Assembly (NCBI RefSeq): GCF_015865035.1
Contig: NZ_JADZGI010000001.1
Coordinates: 88,593 to 120,592, forward strand
Direction: 5' to 3'
Source: Novosphingobium aureum
GTDB lineage: Bacteria; Pseudomonadota; Alphaproteobacteria; Sphingomonadales; Sphingomonadaceae
DNA length: 32,000 nucleotides
The notes below the pieces were generated by a model that saw nothing but the letters and a program-made list of their open reading frames with translations, searched no databases and had not been told where the DNA came from. Below, one piece after another: positions 9,204 to 15,175 of this stretch. Positions within the stretch are counted from its first letter, which is position 1. Each line of letters begins with the position of its first letter. Both the position numbers and the translations under genes were made by a program.

Positions 9204-9258
9204 TCTGTTGCGAGTGGTATGGCTAACCTCGAAGTCACTTATTTGCCAGCCCCTTAGG

Positions 9259-9441
9259 CTATACAGCGTAGGGGCTCGTCTCGCTTACTCGATTGGCGCA
9301 GGGGACACACAGTCGATGGTGCAAGCCTTCGCTCTCGAAGGGCTTGCGGCACCGGAGGCAAGGCCGGGTCTCGGTCGGCATGGGCTCGCCATGCACGTCC
9401 CGGCGCTTGCGCCCCATATGCGTCAGGCCCGCGTTGCTCAC
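9259..9441 (-). CDS. small zinc-ribbon-like protein (CxxC...CxxC)
   Basis: PCLRCRKPFESEGLHHRLCVPCANR. The GTG start overlaps the upstream stop (GTGA at 9438-9441). Confidence 0.5.
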   Translation of the reverse strand: MSNAGLTHMGRKRRDVHGEPMPTETRPCLRCRKPFESEGLHHRLCVPCANRVSETSPYAV

Positions 9442-9770
9442 GCGACCTCAAGCATCGCCAGCATTGTGCCGTAGGCCCGGCGCTGGCCTGCGTCCATCGT
9501 GTCGCGGACGAGGTGCTGGTTGTCGGGCGAGCGGAAAACGTCCACCCACACTTCCCGCTCCCCGGGCTGGCGGATTAGCCCGAAGAAGGCACCGAGCTCC
9601 TCGACCGCCACGCCGTAGATGTTCGAGACGCGCCGGACGAGCTCGAGGGTGGGCCAGCGGTCCTTCGCTGTCGCGATGGCCCCGGCGAGCGCCACGGTGT
9701 GCGCCCTCCGGGTCCGTTCATCGAAGCGGGTCATGTAGTGGTCGAGGACCGCCTCCTCGGTCAGCTCCAT
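9438..9770 (-). CDS. hypothetical island protein
   Basis: 110-aa ORF, translationally coupled on both sides, with no domain I recognise. Confidence 0.5.
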   Translation of the reverse strand: MELTEEAVLDHYMTRFDERTRRAHTVALAGAIATAKDRWPTLELVRRVSNIYGVAVEELGAFFGLIRQPGEREVWVDVFRSPDNQHLVRDTMDAGQRRAYGTMLAMLEVA

Positions 9771-10135
9771 TGTGCGCTCTTCTCGAACACGGCGGATTGC
9801 TTCGAGCGCATCGCCGCCATCTCGGCAGCGCGCTCGCCCTTCGCCAGCTCGATCATCACCGGGTCGATGCCGGAATGGTCGAGGAGGGCCTTGCTCACGC
9901 TCACACCGGTCTGCTGCGCGATCTCGCCCGCACGCACCATAATCGCATCGGCGTAGTCTGCGGCCTTATAGAGCGGCTCAGCTTGTCCTGCGGCGATCTC
10001 GGCTGCGTTCTTGCGGATGGCGACCGAGCCGCCCTTCAGGATCACTGCGGTTGCGCCCTTCACGGCGGGCACGTCCACGGTCGAAATCTCGTTCACCGTC
10101 ATATCGCGGACGATCATCTTCTTGGGCAGGGTCAT
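9761..10135 (-). CDS. hypothetical island protein
   Basis: 124-aa ORF. Its start overlaps the upstream stop (ATGA at 10132-10135). Confidence 0.5.
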   Translation of the reverse strand: MTLPKKMIVRDMTVNEISTVDVPAVKGATAVILKGGSVAIRKNAAEIAAGQAEPLYKAADYADAIMVRAGEIAQQTGVSVSKALLDHSGIDPVMIELAKGERAAEMAAMRSKQSAVFEKSAQWS

Positions 10136-10398
10136 TGTGCGGGTTCCTTTTCGGTAGGCAGGGAGGACAGGTCATTATCGACCTGCCGGGCTATCAGGGA
10201 TGCGACCGTCTGGGCCTTCGCCCGGGATTGGCGCGGCTGGTTCAGGTAGCGGAGGAGCTCCGGCGCATTCAGCTCAAGGTCGAGCAAGAGCGTGGTGCGG
10301 AATTGGTGCATCAGCCGGGATGCCGGGTGGGCCTCGGCCCCGTACCTCTGCCGATGCGCAGCGAGGAATGCCCGGTCGGCATCGAAGAGGGCGGTCAT
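10132..10398 (-). CDS. hypothetical island protein
   Basis: 88-aa ORF. ATGA overlap with the upstream small ORF at 10395-10398. Confidence 0.5.
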   Translation of the reverse strand: MTALFDADRAFLAAHRQRYGAEAHPASRLMHQFRTTLLLDLELNAPELLRYLNQPRQSRAKAQTVASLIARQVDNDLSSLPTEKEPAQ

Positions 10399-10520
10399 GC
10401 CTCCCCGGCGGCCGCGAGGGCAGCGGAGAAGCGCTCCGCTGCCTCGACCTTCGCCTTGGCCGCGTCCCGGATTGCGTCTGGCTCCGGCCCGTCAGGCCGC
10501 TGCTGCTTGAAAATTCCCAT
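10395..10520 (-). CDS. hypothetical 41-aa protein (below the ORF-track cutoff)
   Basis: My translation: MGIFKQQRPDGPEPDAIRDAAKAKVEAAERFSAALAAAGEA. It is preceded by a strong RBS (ggAAGGAGacgacaATG), and its stop overlaps the next start. Confidence 0.5.
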   Translation of the reverse strand: MGIFKQQRPDGPEPDAIRDAAKAKVEAAERFSAALAAAGEA

Positions 10521-10896
10521 TGTCGTCTCCTTCCGTTCCGGTGGGGTTGCCCAAGGACGCGCGCACCGACGCGATCACGTCCCTTGCCTCGTTCGGCTCG
10601 AAGCCCGCGCCCTCGAGGTCGCTGCGGCGCAGTCGCCAGAATTGTTCGTCGAAGGCGGGCCGCTCGGCCTCGTCCCGGGCCTTCATCAGCACCCAGCGAT
10701 CATAGACGCTGGCGGGCTCGCGCTCCCCGCGTATCAGGCGGTCCTCGTCCCATAGGACGGCAAGCTCGGGGCTGGCGGGGGCCTTCTCGCCCAGCTCGAA
10801 CAAGGCCGCGATGCGCAGCGCGCGCCGCTCGTCCGGGGTCATCAACCGATAGCCCCCGGCGAAGGCGAGGAGGTCGAGGGCGCTGTCCCTATTCAT
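10492..10896 (-). CDS. hypothetical island protein
   Basis: 134-aa ORF. Its ATG overlaps the terS-like stop (ATGAATAG). Confidence 0.5.
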   Translation of the reverse strand: MNRDSALDLLAFAGGYRLMTPDERRALRIAALFELGEKAPASPELAVLWDEDRLIRGEREPASVYDRWVLMKARDEAERPAFDEQFWRLRRSDLEGAGFEPNEARDVIASVRASLGNPTGTEGDDNGNFQAAAA

Positions 10897-11386
10897 TGTC
10901 GATCACCCGGGCCGGAGCCGGAAGCTGCGGGCGGAGATTGCTGGCCATCTGGAGAGCGACCTTCGCCACGGCATCGCCAAGCACCCCGGCATCGACCGTG
11001 TGCGTCACCTGCTTGTTCACCGCTATGCCGTGCGTCTCCCGATAGGCGGGGAGCATCGCCCGGGCTCGGAGCTCGAGCAGGCGGTCGCTATACTTGCGGA
11101 CCGTGCCGACGATCTTTTCCTTGTGGCGGCCGCCGTAGATGGGCTCCTCCCAGCCCTCCTGCGCGCGTCGGTAAATCTCCGCCTCGATGCTGGCCTCTGC
11201 GGCTTCGACCGCTTCCTGCCATTGCGCCGCAAACTCGGGGTCCCGTTCGCGCTCGTCCTTGAAGGTCTGCACCGCACCGTACCGGCTGCTGGCGCGCGGA
11301 CTGGCAGCGCGGGCGGCCCGGACGAGGATGCCGTGGCGGGACAGCTCGAGGAGGAAGAGGCGCTTGCGGCGATCGGTCAGCTTCAT
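10889..11386 (-). CDS. terminase small subunit-like HTH protein
   Basis: N-terminal HTH region (LTDRRKRLFLLELSRHGILVRAARAAS), then DPEFAAQWQEAVEAAEASIEAEIYRRAQEGWEEPIYGG...VRKYSDRLLELRARAMLP. I recall this pattern from phage small-terminase/HTH proteins. Not verified by search. Confidence 0.55.
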   Translation of the reverse strand: MKLTDRRKRLFLLELSRHGILVRAARAASPRASSRYGAVQTFKDERERDPEFAAQWQEAVEAAEASIEAEIYRRAQEGWEEPIYGGRHKEKIVGTVRKYSDRLLELRARAMLPAYRETHGIAVNKQVTHTVDAGVLGDAVAKVALQMASNLRPQLPAPARVIDNE

Positions 11387-11434
11387 GGCGAAACGATAGC
11401 TGGCGACCGTTGGCGAACGAACGGCGGAGCATTG

Positions 11435-11481
11435 ATAGCACCAAATAGCACCATAGTCGCTATTCTTGCTATTTGTACTAT
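11435..11481. promoter_or_regulatory. imperfect ~47-bp palindromic operator (3x ATAG(CA) facing 3x (G)CTAT) in the divergent intergenic region
   Basis: ATAGCAccaaATAGCAccATAGtcGCTATtcttGCTATttgtACTAT, centred near 11458. It lies 49 nt from the terS-like start and 32 nt from the RHH-RAMA start. Confidence 0.55.
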
Positions 11482-11512
11482 TAGGTGATTCGACAGGCGA
11501 TAGGAGGCCGAT

Positions 11513-11905
11513 ATGGCGACAGTGGAAATCGACTTCGATGTGTACAAGGAGCTCACCGCCCGGCGGGCGAGCGAGACGACAACCTACAATGATGTGATTC
11601 GAGAGCTCCTCGGCATGGATGCGGAGCCGGAACCGGCGAATGCGGACGAAGCTTCCTCCGGCGGTCTCGAAATGAAGGGCGTGTTCCTGCCCAACGGGAC
11701 GCAGCTCCGCGTCACCTACAAGGGCCGGACCTACTCAGCAGAGATCAAGGATGGCGCTTGGATCGGCAGCGACGGGAAACAGCGGAAGACCCCTTCCGAG
11801 GCCGCATGCGCTATCACTGACACGAACGTCAACGGCTGGCGCTTCTGGAAGGTGAAGCGGCCCAGCGATACGAGCTGGAAGGTCCTCAATTCCCTCCGGC
11901 CGTAA
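11513..11905 (+). CDS. SeqA-N-terminal-like ribbon-helix-helix + RAMA/DUF4357-like domain protein (candidate island regulator)
   Basis: RBS TAGGAGG. The N-terminus MATVEIDFDVYKELTARRASETTTYNDVIRELLG parallels the SeqA N-terminus (IEVDDELYSYI...SDILRRML). The C-terminus YKGRTYSAEIKDGAWIGSDGKQRKTPSEAACAITDTNVNGWRFWKV fits the RAMA-type pattern (SPS.AA....NGW.FW). Confidence 0.7.
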   Translation: MATVEIDFDVYKELTARRASETTTYNDVIRELLGMDAEPEPANADEASSGGLEMKGVFLPNGTQLRVTYKGRTYSAEIKDGAWIGSDGKQRKTPSEAACAITDTNVNGWRFWKVKRPSDTSWKVLNSLRP

Positions 11906-12120
11906 TGGTGTCGCGTTTCCCCTCGGCTTCCTTGAATTAACTGGCATCGCGTGGAAGCCCACGAAATGCGATAGTCTCGGCGGAGGGGGCTGGGCCTCGG
12001 AGAGGAAGAGCTCTGGCAGCCGGTCCAGCGATCTCGCGCCCGCGCGCGCGTAGGCCGAACGGCGGCAACGGCAGGCGGCGGGAAGCCCAATCAGGTGGAA
12101 GCCGCACAACAACCTCGGCA

Positions 12121-12391
12121 AGCGACTATCCGACTGGAAATCCGACTGCGCTAACTCCCTCTCTCTATTGTTCTTTTCTTCTATCCAGTCGACTAATCGG
12201 ATTAGTCGGATATTTTCGACAAAGGCCCGATCAGTTGATGGAGGCCCTATTTGGGCTTTGCGCATCTCCGAACCAAAAGTGTCCGACTACCCCGAATATC
12301 CGACTGAGATGGGCCTAAGGCCATGAAACCAGAGGATTTCTGCACAGTCGGATACAAAATGAAATCCGACTGTGCGCTGCGAAGCGACTAT
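12121..12391. repeat. iteron array / putative island replication origin
   Basis: ATCCGACTG occurs at 12128, 12140, 12298 and 12364 (direct) and at 12345-12353 (inverted). ATCCGACT is inverted at 12204-12211 and GTCCGACTA occurs at 12281. A perfect palindrome cgactaatc-g-gattagtcg lies at 12190-12208, next to the pyrimidine/AT-rich tract 12156-12185. AGCGACTAT brackets the array at both ends (12121, 12383). Confidence 0.7.
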
Positions 12392-14865
12392 TCGTCTGGC
12401 TTGACCCACTCAGAACGGCCATCGAAACCCCAGTCACCGCCGCCATACCGCTTCATCCATTCTGATCGCGCATCTGCCAAGTCAGGTGGAAATATCCACC
12501 CCCGGTTGGTCGTTGCGCCCGGTTGGATGAATCCCGATTGGAAGCCCTGCTTTCGCAAGAAGCGGCCCAGCGACGCATCAGACACCCTCATAGTCGGTGC
12601 CGCAAGCCGCATCAGATCGAACAGGCCGGGCCGTTCAAAGGTGCCGTTGGAACGTCGAAACCTGTCCAGCTCCTCCGCTTCCTCATCGCTGCCGTCGATC
12701 TTTACCTTCCACGGCTCGACCGTTCCCGGCATCACCCCGCTTCTGAGAACATCGAGCCACCATTCTTCCTGCGGCTTCAGGCTTTGCTCTTTCTGGTCAC
12801 GCAGGGCGTCGGTCTGCGGTATCTCCCGAACCTCGTAATCGGATAGGTCCATCGTCATCAGGTAGTGAAGCAGCGCCTCCCGGCCGCCCTCATCCATCGC
12901 CTGATGCAGAGCGCGAAAGTAGGCCTTGTCCTGTTTCTTCCCTTCGCCAACGTCGAGAATGAAGTAGCGCCGTTCGTCTGCCCCGGCCGGCACCACCCAG
13001 TCATCGTTCGATGCCATAATCAGGTGGACATAATTCGGCGCAACCTCAGCATCTATGCCCTTCCCCTCGACAATGAGTGTATCCTCGGTCACGAGGGTTT
13101 TCAGGGTGCTCTCGTGCTGCTTGTCGCCCGCATAAAAGGCCTCGTCAGCGAATAGGGCGACACAATCGCGCAGGTGTGCGTTGAATTGGCCCACCAGATG
13201 CTTCGCGCTGCTGATGTGCAAAAAATGCCGACCCCATAGCGAACCGAATATCTGCGCCACCGAGCCCTTGCCCGTACCGCGCCCGCCACGCAGCACAACA
13301 GCGACATGCCCCTGCTCGCCCGGGTTTTGAACTGCGCGCGCCATCCATCGAATGAGGTACTGGAAATGGTCATTGTCACCCTGACAGACGTTGTCTCGCA
13401 GGTGCTCGAGAAAAGGCTCGTGCTCATCACCCGGCAAGGCCTCACAAGCGAAGCCCTGCCACAGATTATACGCCTCTGGAACTTCCCTGCCAGGCGCGAA
13501 GACAATGGTCTCGTACTGACGACGCATGGGGTGTTCGAGCCACCACTTGCCAGCGGGCGTGTAAGTCGGGTTGCCGTCCTTCGTCTCACCGCTCTGGACC
13601 TTGATATTCATGTAGCGATTTCGGAAGTCCTCGAAGCTCTGCTTCGAGATACGCGTTCGCGGCCGGGCAAGATTGCGATCTAATACCTCGCCAACCACGC
13701 GGCACTTGCCGCCGATGTCGCTGATCACCGCGTGACGCTCATTGAGCTTGCGCAACATCGGTTCGGAGACCTCCTCCCGAGCACGCTGAATCTGCCTTGC
13801 GGCATAGGCGGTCGAACGCTTCTGATTCAAAGTGTGGGCGGAGATACCGAAGTCTGGATCCAGCAACACAGCAGCGATGGTGTCGTCATCGCACCCCGCC
13901 CGGACGAGCTCGCAACATACGGCAAAAGTGACCTCAGACCGCGAATCATAGCGCAACTGGTCATCTGGATCGTCGCCCTGCACAATGAGCATCTTTGTGC
14001 CCGCCGTCACCGCTTCCGGCAGCTCGTCGAGGTCCTTCAGCCGGGGGAGGTTGCCGCTGATCTTGACAGTCGGCGCGACCAATCCACCGTCATCGCTCTG
14101 TACTCGGGGGGCCGGAGTGAAGATGCCGAGACCATAGATGTGCTCCTCGTCATCGTGGCGCTGGACGACCGATGCGAGGGCCGGAACTCGTCCAGCCTTT
14201 CGCTTCTTCTCATTGGGCCAATTTATGGTGCCGGGCAGGCGGAGGATGCGATCGCAATTGTGGCAACTATCCCCGCCCAGCAGGATTTCGAGCTGCTGGT
14301 TGTAGGCTTCCGCTTCCTCGGCCGCCGGAATGTTGCCGCCGATATACAGCGGGTCATCGAGGCGCCACAGAGCTTGAAAGCCTCCGCCACTGTCGATGAT
14401 GAGTGTGGGCTCAGGTTTGAATTCGCGCAGCAACGGCAAGATGCGGGCTCGCTGCGCCTCAATATGCCTGACCTTCTTTTCATCGGGCAGGTCCGCTAGC
14501 TTCTTCGGGTCCACGTCCACATGAAGCCAAGCGAGGTCCTCCACGTCCTCCTTCTTCGCCTTCGAGCGCAGCTTTGTGCGCGCCGGGTTGACCATGAAGT
14601 ACAGGTTCATCTTGTCGGCTGACTGCTCATGGAGCCAGTCCAAGCACTCGGTCGCGGTCTTGGGGCCGAAGGTCTCGGTCTTTGTCGGTCCGCCGTCCGG
14701 CGGGATAGCCGTGAGCGTCCACGGACCTTCGGGCCTGAACCACTCTAAGTGATCGAGAGCATCCTCGAGCTTGGCCTCGGGCAGGTTCGGCTCAACGCTT
14801 CGCTCTTCGTCCCCGGTGGGGGAGACAGTAAGGTCATTCACGGAAAGTCTCCCTTTCCAAGCCAA
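12388..14865 (-). CDS. primase-helicase fusion (AEP/RepB-type primase N-terminus + D5/P4-alpha-like SF3 helicase C-terminus)
   Basis: N-terminal NLYFMVNP...WLHVDVD...IIDSGGGFQALW (AEP motifs). C-terminal Walker A VVLRGGRGTGKGS and Walker B-like LFADEA. The ORF-track start is TTG 14865; GTG 14841 has a better RBS (AAGGGAGA). Confidence 0.9.
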   Translation of the reverse strand: MAWKGRLSVNDLTVSPTGDEERSVEPNLPEAKLEDALDHLEWFRPEGPWTLTAIPPDGGPTKTETFGPKTATECLDWLHEQSADKMNLYFMVNPARTKLRSKAKKEDVEDLAWLHVDVDPKKLADLPDEKKVRHIEAQRARILPLLREFKPEPTLIIDSGGGFQALWRLDDPLYIGGNIPAAEEAEAYNQQLEILLGGDSCHNCDRILRLPGTINWPNEKKRKAGRVPALASVVQRHDDEEHIYGLGIFTPAPRVQSDDGGLVAPTVKISGNLPRLKDLDELPEAVTAGTKMLIVQGDDPDDQLRYDSRSEVTFAVCCELVRAGCDDDTIAAVLLDPDFGISAHTLNQKRSTAYAARQIQRAREEVSEPMLRKLNERHAVISDIGGKCRVVGEVLDRNLARPRTRISKQSFEDFRNRYMNIKVQSGETKDGNPTYTPAGKWWLEHPMRRQYETIVFAPGREVPEAYNLWQGFACEALPGDEHEPFLEHLRDNVCQGDNDHFQYLIRWMARAVQNPGEQGHVAVVLRGGRGTGKGSVAQIFGSLWGRHFLHISSAKHLVGQFNAHLRDCVALFADEAFYAGDKQHESTLKTLVTEDTLIVEGKGIDAEVAPNYVHLIMASNDDWVVPAGADERRYFILDVGEGKKQDKAYFRALHQAMDEGGREALLHYLMTMDLSDYEVREIPQTDALRDQKEQSLKPQEEWWLDVLRSGVMPGTVEPWKVKIDGSDEEAEELDRFRRSNGTFERPGLFDLMRLAAPTMRVSDASLGRFLRKQGFQSGFIQPGATTNRGWIFPPDLADARSEWMKRYGGGDWGFDGRSEWVKPDE

Positions 14866-14917
14866 GGTGATGGTTAGGGCCGTCCGACTTGCGTCTTCAG
14901 GCCGGGCGGCCCGTCAC

Positions 14918-15133
14918 TCAGGCGGCTTGAGGCTCTTCGTGGCGAGCATCGCGGCGGCTCTTCAACCAGCGGTCGATCTCACTCTTGACCCAGACAACAC
15001 GGTTCGGCCCGAGGCGTACCTGCTTCGGGAAGTCGTGCGTTTCGTCTCGGATGTAATTGTAGATCGTCGGCCTACTCAGCCGGGTCAGTTCGGAGACCTC
15101 GGAAATCGTGAGCAGTATTTGTCGCTGGGCCAC
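14918..15133 (-). CDS. alpA: AlpA-family HTH regulator / excisionase-like protein
   Basis: ILLTISEVSELTRLSRPTIYNYIRDETHDFPKQVRLGPNRVVWVKSEIDRWL. GTG start with GAGGAGGG RBS. Confidence 0.85.
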   Translation of the reverse strand: MAQRQILLTISEVSELTRLSRPTIYNYIRDETHDFPKQVRLGPNRVVWVKSEIDRWLKSRRDARHEEPQAA

Positions 15134-15137
15134 AATG

Positions 15138-15174
15138 CCCTCCTCTAAAGGCGGATATTCGCATCTGAGGAGGG
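15138..15174 (-). promoter_or_regulatory. RBS-sequestering hairpin between int stop and alpA start
   Basis: On the mRNA, CCCUCCUC (15174-15167) can pair perfectly with the alpA Shine-Dalgarno GAGGAGGG (15145-15138) across a 21-nt loop. The anti-SD starts 1 nt after the int TAG stop. Confidence 0.5.
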
Positions 15175-15175
15175 C

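Noticed and set aside
9761-10135. 124-aa protein as a phage scaffold/protease-like protein, based on the N-terminal VNEISTVDVPAVKGATAVILK
   Set aside because: It only vaguely resembles the EVSLVDxPAN-type motif I recall from some phage head proteins. That is too weak to call without a profile search.
12121-12391. Possibility that the short repeats are a CRISPR array
   Set aside because: The repeats are only 8-9 bp, occur in both orientations and are irregularly spaced. No cas genes are present.
11731-12838. ORFs 11735..12265(-), 11731..12090(-) and 12323..12838(+) in and around the iteron region
   Set aside because: They overlap the RHH-RAMA gene or the primase gene in antisense. They have no RBS or motifs, and the region is better explained as a non-coding origin.
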